64,000 nucleotides of DNA. It comes from Octopus vulgaris (lineage: Eukaryota). Below, in pieces: positions 12,668 to 25,779 of the stretch (positions are counted from its first letter, which is position 1; every line of letters starts with the position of its first letter). Below the pieces are notes generated by a model. The model saw only the letters and a program-made list of their open reading frames with translations. It did not search any database and was not told the DNA's origin. The stretch spans positions 23,250,001 through 23,314,000 of the forward strand of contig OX597823.1 in the NCBI GenBank assembly GCA_951406725.2, read 5' to 3'. A program made the position numbers and the translations under genes.

Positions 12668-13380
12668 TATATAAAAGTCAATGTCTGTGTGTTTGTGTGT
12701 TACGTATAGAACCCCCACCCTGTGAAAATTCTTATGCTTCAGATTTTGATGAAATTTGAACTATAGGCATTAGTAATAAAATTTAAAATATACCCCAAAT
12801 TTCCATTTCTTTGGATGATTCTAAGACCCCTTAAAGGGGGCTTAACCCCCAAATTTTAGTCATTTTTCATGGACTAAAACCACTGAATGGATCCTTATGA
12901 TATTTGGAACTTAGATTCAATACATAAAGGAAGTATGTTTGGTTTGAATTTGAGGGGGCTTAAATGTTGATGGAATTTCATCCATAGGTAATTGACACAG
13001 ATCAAGAAATATTCCCAAAGTTTCCACTTCTCATAAGGATTCTAAGACCATTTAATGGGGACCTTAACTCCCAAATTTTAGTCATTTTTTTTCATGATCC
13101 AAAGCAAGGTCAAAAGTACTGAATCGATCTTTATGAAATTTGGAAATTATATCCTATGCATAAGGGCAGATGTAATGCAGTATATGTTTGAAAGTGAGGG
13201 GGCATAAATAAGGCCATAACCCCCATGAAAATTCAGATATTTTTGCTGTTAATGAAATTTTAACCATAGATATTAGACACAAATGAAGTAATATTCCTAA
13301 AATTTCAACTTCTTAGGAAGTTAGTAAGACCCCTTGATGGGAGCTTAAAACCCTCAATTTAGTCATTTTTCCTAAGCTAA
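12668..13380 (+). mobile_element. Non-autonomous element with internal degenerate tandem subrepeats (Helentron/DINE-like)
   Basis: Starts TATATAAAAGTCAATGTCTGTGTG. Recurrent motifs (GATTCTAAGACC..GGG.CTTAA.CCC.AAATTTTAGTCATTTT) at about 12817, 13039 and 13320, with repeated ATGAAATTT. Confidence 0.45.
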
Positions 13381-13849
13381 GATGAATACAAGTGTAGTCT
13401 TGGAAGCTGTAGAGTCACCCAAGGATACAAGATGGGTGTTATTTGTAATTCAATGGTACAACAGTGTAAGAATTTGCTTTGAGATATACTTAGATTGTGA
13501 TTTTTGCAATGTGGTGCATAAATTGTTAAGTAAAGGAGTGGCATCTTTGCCTCCACTGATTCAGTTGCAAAGTATTATTTTGAGTAAAGTTATTTGGTTG
13601 CAGACCTCCTTTGAGTTTTTTTATTATCACTGGGTCAGAGATAGTCCCCAGATGGTAACATTGGTTTCAAGGCCTTTCCAGATAAGTGATTGGTCATTCA
13701 AAGAGACTTATAGATTGCAAATTTATTCTGTTCAGTTACCTATCAGTTTAGTGATCATTGGAAAACTCCAGAGGTGACACTTTCATTTCCCCTTAGCCCT
13801 CATATCACACAGTTGTTAATGTTTATTTGAGTTGAGTCATGCCCTTCCA

Positions 13850-14780
13850 ATTGCTATAGATCCGTAATAGATCTACTGTTAATAGAATTATAGTGCTATT
13901 CAAAAACCAGGGAAAAGAATCAACAGATTCTTGTCCCGGCCAACCTGAGCCCTTGTAAAGGAAGCTTCATTGTTTGAACAGAATTGTGGAATACAAACCC
14001 CGTTTGAAGGCTTCTGACATTGCAAAACAGCTAGAAGTTAGTCCAAGAATGTGTATTACATATCTGCATAAGCTTGGGTATTATGAACGAGCAACTAGAA
14101 GAAAACCTCTCCTTCAACCAATTAATATCATGAAAAGAAAGAAATGGGCTAAGGAGATGTCAGAAAAATCCAGTTCATTTTGGGATAGAGTGATTTTTCT
14201 CAGATGAATCCAGATTTGCATCATTTTCAGACAGTGGACGTGTTTGGGTCTGGAGGCTTCCCAATCAAGAATTTGATTTGAAATTACTCCAACCAACTGT
14301 GAAACATGGCGGTATCTATGTAAATGGTATGGGGAGCTGTCACCAGCAATGGTTGTTCTGAACTGGTTGAATGTGTTGGAACCATAAACTCTGAAAAATA
14401 CATCGTAATACTTAAGCAAGGACTACTTCCGATGAATTCACATGATAACATAACGAAAAATGAGTTTTTATTCATGGAAGGTGGGGCTTCATGCCATACA
14501 ATGAAAAGGAATCAACAATGGCTGACTGAAAATGGGATCAAAAAGCTTCCTTGGTCGAGCCAATCTCCTGACATAAACCCAATTGAAAATCTTTGGAGCA
14601 TACTAGATAGAGCTTTATGACAAACTCAACAGAAACCTAAATCTAAAGATGAATTATTTCGATTGTTGCATGAAAAGTGGGCAGAAATTCCACAAGAGAC
14701 AATCACAAAGCTCATCAGTTCAATGCCAAAAATAGTTTCTGAATTAAAAACTGCAAAGGGAATGTCAATTAAATACTAAA
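13850..14780 (+). pseudogene. Tc1-family (DD34E) transposase pseudogene
   Basis: RRKPLL, W..VIF/SDES (frameshifted), QPTVKHGG, MVWGA, FMEGGASCH (catalytic D replaced by G), WSSQSPDINPIENLW and LISSMP. Stops and frameshifts present. TIRs not resolved. Confidence 0.9.
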
Positions 14781-16147
14781 GTATGTAGTCCTACCTATCG
14801 ATTACATTTCAATTGTTCGCTTTGCATATCAAATAAAAGATTTTGAAAATTAAATGTGTCTATTTACTTCCTGCATGTCTGTGTATATATGTATATATCA
14901 TCATCATCATCATCATCTAATGTCCGTTGCCTATGCCGGCATGGGTTGGATGGTTTGACCATGGCTGGCGAGCAGGGCTGTCGCTAAGCCATTGCAACCC
15001 ATATGGTCGGGGGGGGCTGTGTAGTTGACGGTCTCCACGTTAAGATCAAAGCATGTAGATGAGTCATCTATTTACTTTGATTAAGATGTTGAACAAGAAT
15101 TAAACTATCTACGTTAACTGAAAATTTTAAGAAATGAAATGGTAATAACATTGTACCTGCAAAAGTTCTTGTAAAAAATATTACATTGTACCATGAACAT
15201 GTACCAGACTTTGTGGATTGTCTATGATATCTATGGAACACAAACTTAGCTCTCAGCTTCATTATTCTGAACTGATCAATGTTTGTCTATGAAAGTTGCC
15301 TGGATTATAAAAGTGCTCTTTTATTCATATCTGGAAGTTTTACTTATTGAAATTTGCAATAGACCTAAATAAACTTAACTCGTACTTTTAAAGATGCTCT
15401 TTAGGATAATGTGAAATATTGAACGTCAGATAGAATAAAGTAAAATATAGCTATGAATAAAAGGTGCATAGATTATGAATTTTGATTGAAGGGGTGGGGC
15501 CACAAAACAAAAAGTTGCAAGGGGCTTCTAAAAGTCATTTTATTTATTTCATTTTATCTAGTTTCAGCTCACAAGCTGTGGCCATGCTGGGGCACCGCTA
15601 TTTGTGATGGAGCTGCTAGCAAGCTGAAAGGCTGCACCAGACCTCAGTCTAATTTGGTATAGTTTCTATGGCTGGATGCCCTTCCTAACATTACGCTCTC
15701 CGAGAGTGTAATGAGTGCTTTTATGTGCTACCAGCATGGGTGCCTTTTGCATGGCACCAGTATCTTCCACAACTATGATTTTACTTGGCTTGATGGGTCA
15801 TCTTTTCAAGCACAGCATAATGCCAAAAGTCTCAGTCATTTGTCATTGCCTCTGTGAGGCCCAACACATGAAAGATGCTATTCACATGCCACTGGTATCA
15901 GACACCTTACCTCCATGAGGCACTTTTTATGTGCCACCAGCTTGGGTACCAGTTATGTGACATCAGCACCAGCCACGACGATGACTTCACTTGGCTTGAC
16001 AGGTCTTCTCAAGCATAGTATACTGCAAAAGATTTTGGTCACTAGTAATTGCCACTGTGAGGCCCAATGTTTGAAGATCATGCTTTACCACTTCATCCCA
16101 TGTCTTCCTGGGTCACTCAGGAACATACACACACACACACATATATA

Positions 16148-16710
16148 TATAAAACTGAAAAAAATTGAAGTCAAAAGGTAGGAGAATTGGTGGACATTTA
16201 TTTATTTATTATTCACTACAATTGTTTCAATGCAACGTAGTTCTCCAAGAATACAGGTATTTGATTATGCTACTGTTTGTTTGCACAATGAGCTCTAGTT
16301 GTGTTGCCTCATGCGATATACAAGTGTTGTCTCCATCAGCTTAAAATCGTTGACTTCAAGGCCATCTCCTTTGTTCATTATGGTTTGAATTTAGTAGTGG
16401 CTGATAGACCCATGAGAGTGTGTTTGTCAGACAAATGCACTTTCATGGTACACACCATGGATCTATCAGCCACTACTAAATTCAAACCACAATGAACAGA
16501 GGAAATGGCTTTGAAGTCGACAATTTTAAACTAACACTCGTATATCACCTGAGGAAACACAACTAGATCATATTATGCAAACAAACAGTAGAATAATCAA
16601 ATACCTGTATTCCTGAAGAACTACATTGCTTTGAAACAATTGTAGCGAATAATAAATAAATGTCTAACTGTACTCATTTTCCTTGACTCCTGTTTTCTTC
16701 AATTTTATAT
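16148..16710. mobile_element. Non-coding fold-back element (~260-bp imperfect arms) with a hammerhead-like motif on each arm
   Basis: 16193-16414 is the reverse complement of 16455-16664, extending more weakly to 16148/16710. Right arm reads TATTC-CTGAAGA-actacattgcttt-GAAA-CAATTG-TA-gcGAATA (16608-16651). The left-arm copy has a mutated core. Confidence 0.7.
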
Positions 16711-16745
16711 TCACACTCAACAAATGCCCATTTATATATATATAT

Positions 16746-17727
16746 ATGAAAGAATGGAGTTGAACGACGAATTAACAAAATTCCTTTATTTTCGACATAT
16801 GTTTCGAAGGCTGCATATTCCTAATTGCGAAGGAATAAGGAGTATATTATGCCGCTTTTCCGTTCGACAAGGGCAGAAAACATTGTGGCGTCTGTAATTC
16901 CGAACTTTTTCATATTTTGTTCACCAAAGTCCCTTTAATAAATACAATCGTCGAGAGGTCCTACAGATGCATGCACTGGCAAAAACACACCTTTCAATCA
17001 TATGAATAATCATTAATATAGTTAGCCCCTTGAATTTTAATTAATATAACTCTTTTTTTATATATTTCACCCCCATAGTCAAAAAATTCTTTTTATACTT
17101 TCAAAGAACTACTACCCAATCCAGTGAGGTATGTGTTACCTTTGTCCCTATACCTCGCCCTCCTCTTTCTCTCTCTTTCTCTCTCTCTTTCCCTCTATCT
17201 ATAGTAAGCACAATCAAACACACAGACACAAACCGTTTACCTCACCACTGTCTGTTTTCTGACATCCACCCATCCACAAACACAATCATGCACACACATA
17301 CACACACACACACATTAATGCAGTTATATACAGTCACACACACAGACACTCATTCACAAAAGAAAATTCACCATTCATTTGAACTGCACCCTTTCACCTT
17401 CCTATTCTTATGCCTCTCTTCTCCTACTTCGTTTGAACCCTTGAACCTTTAGAACCTTCTAGATTTTTCTACATCCAACCATTTTGACGTCACTCCTTAT
17501 AAAGGAATTTTTTAAAGAGACACTCATTATCGCTATGGGCTCCATGTGAGCAGTCATCTAAAAGTTTTTTGTGCATCTTGATGTTGACATAAGTTCCTTG
17601 CTTTTCCTGATGAGAAAGCAGTATAATATACTCCTTATTCCTTCGCAATTAGGAATATGCAGCCTTCGAAACATATGTCGAAAATAAAGGAATTTTGTTA
17701 ATTCGTCGTTCAACTCCATTCTTTCAT
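16746..17727 (+). mobile_element. Non-autonomous Penelope-type element with ~105-bp inverted terminal repeats
   Basis: 16746-16850 is an essentially perfect reverse complement of 17623-17727. Flanked by (TA)n. The right end carries an intact hammerhead. No ORF recognised inside. Confidence 0.75.
17602..17684 (+). ncRNA. Minimal type-I hammerhead ribozyme
   Basis: TTTTC-CTGATGA-GAAAGC...GCCTTC-GAAA-CATATG-TC-GAAAA: stem I TTTTC/GAAAA, long stem II, palindromic stem III CATATG and a GUC site ending at 17679. Confidence 0.85.
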
Positions 17728-17865
17728 ATATTTATATTTTTAAAAAAAACATACAAATTTCCACACGAAAGCACGTAACTTCAAACGTGTCTTCTCTGAT
17801 GTGAATTTGCTACCCGGGTATCGGTTAACCGAATTATCCATAACAAGATAATTCATTCTACTACT

Positions 17866-17933
<68 letters not shown>

Positions 17934-17934
<1 letters not shown>

Positions 17935-18375
17935 CATCATCATCATCATCATCATTTAGTGTCCACTTTCCTTGCTGGCATAGGTTGGACGATTTCACTG
18001 AAGTCTGGCGAACTAGATGGCTGCACCAGGCCCCAATCTGATCTGGCAGAGTTTATGCCCTTCCTAATGCCAACCACTCTGAGAGTGAGTGCTACCAGCA
18101 CGAGGGCCACTCAGGTGGTACTGGCAACGGATACACTCAAATGGTGCTTTATATGTACCACCTGCACAGGATCAGTCCAGTGGCACTGGCAACGATCTCG
18201 CTTGAATGTTTTTTCACGTGCCACCAGCACAAGTGCCGGTAAGGCGATGCTGGTAACGATCACGCTCGAATGGTGCTTTTTACGTGCCACTGGCACAGAA
18301 GCCAGTTTGTTGTTCTGGCAATGATCATGCTCGGATGGTACTCTTAGTGCTCACTAGCACAGATGCCAGTCATCA
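17934..18375 (-). mobile_element. RTE-associated 3' UTR/SINE repeat, family B, ending in (GAT)n
   Basis: Internal TGGCACGTAAAAAGCACC subrepeats and an AAACGATGATGATG-type tail. Other copies at ~24180-24445(+), 41870-42130(+), 46140-46340(+), 50730-50960(-), 51930-52295(-), 54430-54970(+), 59420-59620(+) and 15610-16000(-). Confidence 0.75.
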
Positions 18376-19096
18376 TAAACATAATATATATATATATATA
18401 CCCAAGTTTGTATGAATGTGTATAGAAGAATATATTAATCAATGAAACTCCAACTTGGTCTGATTTTCATGTTTTATTATTAGCAAATTTTTACTGTCAC
18501 GCCTACTTGTTAAAATCATGATGCTGCCTTATCAGATTAGCAAACAAATTAACAGACAACATTTGGTCAATATGTTTCTAATTAAACATAGTGTACCACC
18601 ATAAAATCCTGGGATATTTTTGCAAAGTCAAGACGAATGACACGATCATCCATCTTGCAGAGGAGAAATATTATCTAAAATCTTAGCAGAAGATATGCGT
18701 GCAGTAAACCTCCGGATAACAGAGGCACAGTTTATTAGAAAGTTTAAGCCTATAGTGAACCACCAAGGTGACCTTGAAACATGCCCCCCCCCCACACACA
18801 GACACACACACATACACGCACACATGTACACATGTGTGCACACATGCACACTCACACACATGCATGCACACAGATATGTATTGCTTTGTAGAACAACAAC
18901 AGAATTTTGACCCTCTCACCCAACTTTAGCCACACAAACATGAGCATGAATTCCTAGTCTGATGAAGAACTGTGAATCCAGAAGAACTCACTAAACAAAC
19001 AACAACATACTCACCAAACAGGGTTCGGCCCAAAGTTATTTTCCAATTAAGATTATTTCGTTTTATCTATCTGTCTATCTGCCTACCAATATACCT

Positions 19097-19200
19097 ACCC
19101 ACCCACCCACCCACCTACCCACCTACCCACCTTCCACCTACCCACCTTCCACCTACCCACCTTCCACCTACCCACCTACCTACTACCCACCTACTTACAT
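19097..19200. repeat. (CCTACCCA)n-type C-rich repeat
   Basis: Direct inspection. G-rich on the minus strand. Confidence 0.85.
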
Positions 19201-19330
19201 ACCTTTTTCTTCGTTGATGTATACGGTTAAGTATTAAAACTAGTAACAACAACTAAATTTCTATTGTTAATTGTCTGTCACACTATTCCGTTATACAACA
19301 TTTAACAGCATTTAACAGCACAGATGTTAT

Positions 19331-19333
<3 letters not shown>

Positions 19334-19378
<45 letters not shown>

Positions 19379-19435
19379 ATACACACACATATATGTATGT
19401 ATGTATGTATGTTTAAATATATATATAAATATGTG

Positions 19436-19468
<33 letters not shown>

Positions 19469-19621
19469 TTATATATATGTATGTATATGTATGTATGTAT
19501 ATATGTATATGTATATGTATATATGTATATATATATATATATACATACATGTATATGTATATATATATGTATATATATATATATACATACATGTATATGT
19601 ATATATATATGTATATATATG

Positions 19622-19669
<48 letters not shown>

Positions 19670-19715
19670 TATATATGTATGTATATATATATATGTATAT
19701 ATATATATGTATATA

Positions 19716-19780
<65 letters not shown>

Positions 19781-19792
19781 GCACACACACAT
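19334..19792. repeat. Compound (CA)n/(TA)n/(TATG)n microsatellite
   Basis: Direct inspection. Confidence 0.95.
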
Positions 19793-19850
19793 ACCCACAT
19801 TTGCTCAGATTCCTTTTCTTTGTCATAACCCAACATTTCATACCAGCATC

Positions 19851-19902
19851 ATGGTAGCAGTAGCAAATGCGTTACTACTTGGGACATTATATAGTTGTTT
19901 AG
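19851..19902 (+). CDS. PAN-PAN-CCP-GON secreted protein, coding exon 1 (signal peptide)
   Basis: ATG in CATCATGG context encodes [17 protein letters not shown]+g, followed by a strong AG|GTAAGT donor (phase 1). Hydrophobic signal-like peptide. Confidence 0.7.
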
Positions 19903-20210
19903 GTAAGTTTTTGTTCTTTATTCCCCGCCTTTCCTTTTCCTTTATTCCTGTGTTATTTCAACCAATAATGAATTGTTTTTGCCCTCTAATTCAATCAATA
20001 TTGTACTAGAACTGTATTTTATTTTTCTGAGCATTGAAATGAAAATTACATGTTTACAGCTAAGCAATGAGTAGCAGAAATATCTTTAGATATCAAGGTC
20101 TGTTTCAATATAAAGTATTAAGTTACAAACTCATGAGATAATTAAACTGTCATGTAATTTCATGATTTGCAAGAAATAACAGTTAACTTTTCCTCAAATC
20201 ACACTCTATC

Positions 20211-20626
20211 AGGCACAGGAGTGGCTGTGTGGTAAGTAGCTTGCTAACCAACCACACGGTTCCGGGTTCAGTCCCACTGCGCGGCATCTTGGGCAAGTGT
20301 CTTCTGCTATAGCCTCGGGCCAACCAAAGCCTTGTGAGTGGATTTGGTAGATGGAAACTGAAAGAAGCCTGTCGTATATATGTATATATATGTGTATGTG
20401 TGTGTATATGTGTTTGTGTGTCTGTGTTTGTCCCCCTAGCATTGCTTGACAACCGATGCTGGTGTGTTTATGTCCCCATCACTTAGGGGTTCGGCAAAAG
20501 AGACCGATAGAATAAGTACTGGGCTTACAAAAGAACAAGTCCCGGGGTCGAGTTGCTCGATTAAAAGGCTGTGCTCCAGCATGGCCACAGTCATATGACT
20601 GAAACAAGTAAAAGAATAAAAGAATA
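20211..20626 (+). mobile_element. SINE family A (full length, intronic)
   Basis: High identity to 3286-3663. Confidence 0.85.
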
Positions 20627-21807
20627 TCATTTTAAATAAAGAAGGACACTCCAGTCTACGTAGTCCCTGTTTTACAAAAAGAAGATGGGGTCATTATGAC
20701 TGGAATGAGTTTTTTTTTTTATCATAGGTGTGCTTGATAGGGATTGATCTGCAACTAATATTAAATAACAACTTAAATAAATGTAATACTTTTAAAAATC
20801 TTGAAAATAACAATAAAGGAAAGTTAATTACTGTTGAAATGATGAACTTCACTAAGAGTAACTATGTTGCTTGACTTGTTAAGTATAGCAGCCAAATCTT
20901 CCTCAAATCATATCCTGCTTCCTTACTGAAAAAGGAAAGACATATTGGAAAACGTAGTCCCAGAAACACTACCTGGGAAATCAAATGATTGGATGATCAT
21001 AGCTGGAATACCTTTAATCATGGGTTTGTTTGAATAGGATTCATTTGGGTGAAACACACAAAATTAAACATTGTAAATGTGTAAGACACAGATTAAAATG
21101 AAAGTATAATACATTCAGTAGATTCATTTGGTTGTTGACTAGTGTTTGGTAATTATGAAAGAAATTAACTAAATTGAATACCAGACTGGCAGAGTCAATC
21201 AAAAAGATGCCTTGCAATATTTGTATAGATATTTATGATCAGAGTTTGAATCCTACCAAGGTAAATTTTGTGTTTCATCTCTCATTTAAGAAAATACCTT
21301 CTAGTATTCCTTCCAACTCTTTGCATTCTGGGTTCAAATCCTCCCACAGTCAATTCTGCCTTTCATCACTCCTTGCTTTATAAAAGTAAGCACCAGTTAA
21401 GCATCGATTTAATAGATTAACCACCTTCTCCAAATTTTAGGCCTTGTGCTTTAACACAATTTTCTTTCATTCTATTTGTAATTAAGAAACAAATCTGTCA
21501 TTATAAGACACAAAAGCTGTGAAGTTAACATACTGGACTATTTTCTACCTAAGTTCAAAGTTCAGATCTTGTTTCTGTAGCCATTGTGTTATATTCCCTC
21601 TAATAACAAATTTATTTGTCTTAAATTAGTTTTTAAAAACTTATACAAATTGGATGAAGTCTATTTGCCATAACCAGAAAGGATACTAGCTAAACTTATG
21701 AGGCTTTGTTCTTCACATCTACTTATCAATTTCCAGTAGCCATCGATAACTAGGTTAACCATTGACATTTTATTGCAGATCCCAATGGCTTTTGAATGAC
21801 ACTAAAT

Positions 21808-22156
21808 CAGGGGTTCTCAACCATTTTTTATATATGGACCCCTTTTATTACTATTTTATTCTGGTGGAGCCCACCCCCATAGCTATTTGATGTTTAAAAA
21901 CAGTTTTATAGAAACTTCTTTCAAAACTCCTATTATGTTTCTCACACACTAACTTGTATAGGTCGAACTATGTAAAATGTTAAAGAAAGAAACTTAGCTG
22001 TTGCTTGCTATAGATACCAATACCTACATCTAAAGCAAAATATTTTCTGGGGCCTGTAAAATATTATTATGAATAATTTATTATTTGGTTGCGTGGACCC
22101 CAAAAGATCTTATATGGACCCTCAGGGGCCATATGGACCCTTGTTGAGAAGTCCTG
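21808..22156. mobile_element. hAT-type MITE
   Basis: TIRs CAGGGGTTCTCAAC / GTTGAGAAGTCCTG, with a degenerate 8-bp TSD CACTAAAT / CACTGACT. Confidence 0.7.
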
Positions 22157-23044
22157 CACTGACTCAACAACTGCAATAAATGTCAAATTTAGGCTCAAGG
22201 CCAACAGTTTTCAGGGAAGAGAGTCAGTTGATTAAATCAACTCCAGTACTTGATTGGTAGTTTATTTTATCACCTGTAGAAGAATGGAAGACAAAACTGA
22301 CCTCAGTGGAATTTAAACTCAAAATAAAGAACTAGAACTACTGCAAGGAATTTTCCAAAAACTCTAATGATTCTGCCAATCCCCAACTCTTAATAATAAT
22401 TTCCTAATGTTGGCACAAGGATTCAAATTCGAGGGGAGGTGATTAGTTGACTGAACTAACCCCAGTATTTGTCAGAGACTTTATCAACCTCACAGTCCAA
22501 ATCCAATGACAAAGTGACAGACTGAGGAAACTATTGGATTCTAGTCAGAAGAGGTAGACATTCCTAAATCATCTGCTACTAAATTTCAATAACTTGAATT
22601 GAGATAAAGAATATAGAATAAAATGTTCTGACCATTCTGACCAAAAATACAATAAAAGACAAGCAGTGAATTTTAATTAATGATTCCCAAGATGGTAGTC
22701 CAATATTTTATACACTCATCCATTTCATTTCTATTCATCTAAACCTCTGTTACTCACCATTTATATATTTGTCTAAAAAGGTTAAAATATGTTTATAATA
22801 TGTAATTTTTACAAAAAGAATCTATTCAATGTCTAAACTATCTGAAATTGATTATTGTTAATAAGGTTTCTTTTTTTTATTATTATTATTATCAAGCTTA
22901 CGTTTAAAGATAAAAAAATTTAGGATTATGAGATTTTTGGAAATACTAAGAAAAATTCCTTTATTTTCTTTATAATGTTTATAGTCTGAAAAATAATGTA
23001 ATGTCAGTTATTTAAAATTTTTTCAACATTTTCTGAAATTTCAG

Positions 23045-23074
23045 CTAACCCTACACAATGTTTAACACCACCAG
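23045..23074 (+). CDS. PAN-PAN-CCP-GON protein, exon 2 (30-nt micro-exon, ANPTQCLTPP)
   Basis: TTTCAG| ... CAG|GTAAGA, phase 1-1. Joining to exon 1 gives a CLA-NP signal cleavage motif. Confidence 0.6.
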
Positions 23075-23394
23075 GTAAGAATATGTTGTTTGCTGATACT
23101 TTTTGTATTTTTTATGTTGATATTTTTGTATTTTCGTTTCACTGTTTAGGCACATGGCCAAACACTATGAGAGACAGCAATTAGATTGTGTGAAGGATAT
23201 TAAATTTGTATGTAGAGTGAACTGACTTAGACTGAGATTCAAACCCAGATCATTAACCCATACTTCTCTGTTCACACTTATACTGAAATAAAAACTTGAG
23301 AAAAATATCCAGAGACAACTTCTGCAAGGAAAATATATAGTAAAGTGGCTGCTTACATATTTAGTGAATAAAAATGCTGCTTGCTGCTTCATGT

Positions 23395-23820
23395 TCTTGC
23401 TTGATGGTGCTGAGGTCATCCCAGGTTAGTGGTCCAAGAGATGTCATCACGTGTTGAGCAACCAGATCTGTCAGTGCTGTCCATCACTGTGTCAGCCTTT
23501 CTGCATTCTCCAAGGTGATGTTGAGCTTCTGGAAGTCTTCCTTAGTCACAATCAGCCATCTGGTGTGGGGACTGCCATGAGGCCTCTTCCAGCCTGCAGC
23601 TGCTGTGTTGAATGAAAGTAAAGCCCTGGTGGGGTGATCTAGCCGGAGATGGAGGACATGTTCTTAACAGTGCATGCATCAGATAGCTATGAGGTGGGAA
23701 ACTGTGGGGTGATGCGTGCATGCAAGCAGTTCTTTGTTGGAAATGTGATAGTACCATATGATGTTCTCATTCTCAGGGCTCTACTATCAAAGCTGTCATT
23801 TCTCTTTGCCAAGGTCTTCA
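23395..23820 (-). mobile_element. RTE-like LINE 3' fragment
   Basis: Minus strand encodes a degenerate GWKRPHGSPHTRW motif and ends in a (CAAG)n-like tail. Confidence 0.55.
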
Positions 23821-24811
23821 AGGGGGAAGGGGCAAACCAAAATATTAGGATTAATTAAAATTACACCCTTAATGGGCAGGGGTTCAGATTTTGAGTGATT
23901 AAATTTCTTAGATTGCTACATTAAGTTTTTGAGTGTCCATATTTATTTACATTTTTATCTTACACTTTTTACTTGTTTCAGTCATCGAATGATAATGAAA
24001 TTTGAATTATTTTAGTTTTCCATTCTGATTTCAGTAAAATGATGTGTCTTACCATGGCTAGCCATATTTTGTTACATCCTTTTACATTCTGCATTCAAAT
24101 CCCAACAAGATGTACTTTGTCTATTTTACTTCAGATAAAACAAGTAAATGTACTGAGATTGATTTACTCTTTTGTATTCTCACTGGCTCCTGTGCAGGTG
24201 GCACGTAAAAAACACCATTTGAGTGTGACTGTTGCCAGTACTGCCTGACTGGCCCTTGTTGCTGGTGGCACGTAAAAGCACCCACTACACTCTCGGAAAG
24301 GTTGGCGTTAGGAAGGGCATCCAGCTGCAGAAACTCTGCCAGATTAGATCGGAGCCTGGTACAGCCATCTGGTTTGCCAGCCTTCAGTCAAATCGTCCAA
24401 CCCATGCTAGCATGGAAAGCGGACATTAAACAATGATGATGATGGTGACTGCAGAATGTGTGGCCATGTGCTAATGCTGGAAAAGGTTATCTTTAATATT
24501 TCTAACATCAACAATAGTTATCATTATTATTGTGGTGTGGTGATATAAGGGTGATGGATTCATAAACTCATTAGAGCATCAGACAAAATGTGTTTCAGTA
24601 TTTGTTCTGGCTCTTTACCTTCTGATTTTGCATCTTGCTGAGGTTAACTTTGCTTTTAATCCTTTCAAAGCCAATAAAATAGAAATCCAGATTTAGTTGA
24701 CAAACTCTACTTCCCAAATTGTAGACTTGTGCTTTGTTAGCAATTATTATTATTGTTGTTGTTGTTATTGTTACTATTTTTCATTGATTTAAATTAAACT
24801 TTTAACTCCAG

Positions 24812-25051
24812 ATGTTAAGAACCATTTTGTGAAAATCCGTAATACAATTCTGGCTTTGTCCTGGAAAACAATGTGGGGTTCCGAAAATGTAACAGCAGAA
24901 GACTGTGCAGCAAAATGTTGGTCTGATAAAACGTGTTTGTCATTTGAAATCACTAAAAAAAGAGGACGATGTTTCTTATCAAAGGAAAATGCAGCTTCCT
25001 TCAGGGAAATAAGGAGAACTATGGGAAGAGATTACTACCAACGGGTAAAAC
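24812..25051 (+). CDS. PAN-PAN-CCP-GON protein, exon 3 (PAN/apple domain 1)
   Basis: DVKNHFVKIRN...TAEDCAAKCWSDKTCLSFEITKKRGRCFLSKE...DYYQRVK has the PAN C3xC..C.SF..C.L pattern. CCAG acceptor and C|GTAATT donor, phase 1-1. Confidence 0.85.
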
Positions 25052-25343
25052 GTAATTATTCTTTTGTATTTTATTACAGGAACTTTGTTACTCTTTTTTT
25101 CTGAAGTTTGTGATTCCATTTGTACTCCACAGTTATAGAGGAAACCATTTCTGTAAAAATATTAACTGTTTAAAACTATAAGGTTAGACATAGACATGTT
25201 CCAGAAATAAGCAATATCAAAAACACTAAATACTGTGTGGGCATTCTCATACAGCATTTATTCACCTTTATGCTTGTTTTCTAAGATGTATCTAACCCTT
25301 TTTTGATATAAGAAAGAAGACTCTTGAAGTCTTTTTCAAACCA

Positions 25344-25394
<51 letters not shown>

Positions 25395-25726
25395 GCTGAC
25401 CTCTCCACCATATACCCAATCTATTTATAGACCTATAGAATATGACCTCTTAACCAAATGCTAACCAACTATTCCCTCAAACAATGGTAGTAGTGGTGGT
25501 GATGGTGATAATGATAAAAAAAAAATAATAATATGCTGCTGCTGTTAATACTTAATACTACTAATACTACAATAATACTACAACTACTACTACTACTATT
25601 ATGAAAGCACAGGAATCTGAGGCCCAACTACCACCCTCCTACGTTACTGTTGCTGTTGCTGCAGCAACTGCTGCGACTTCACATAAAACAATAATATCAT
25701 TGATGATGATGATAATGGTGGTGATG

Positions 25727-25779
<53 letters not shown>

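Noticed and set aside
18955-19000. CTGATGA at 18959 as a hammerhead
   Set aside because: No downstream GAAA/stem III/UH with matching stem I.
19333-20009. Long ORFs of YI/HT/VC repeats (also at 7944-8489, 29453-29723, 41274-41961, 55530-55983)
   Set aside because: These are translations of (TA)n/(CA)n/(TACA)n microsatellites. Only 19851-19902 is a credible exon.
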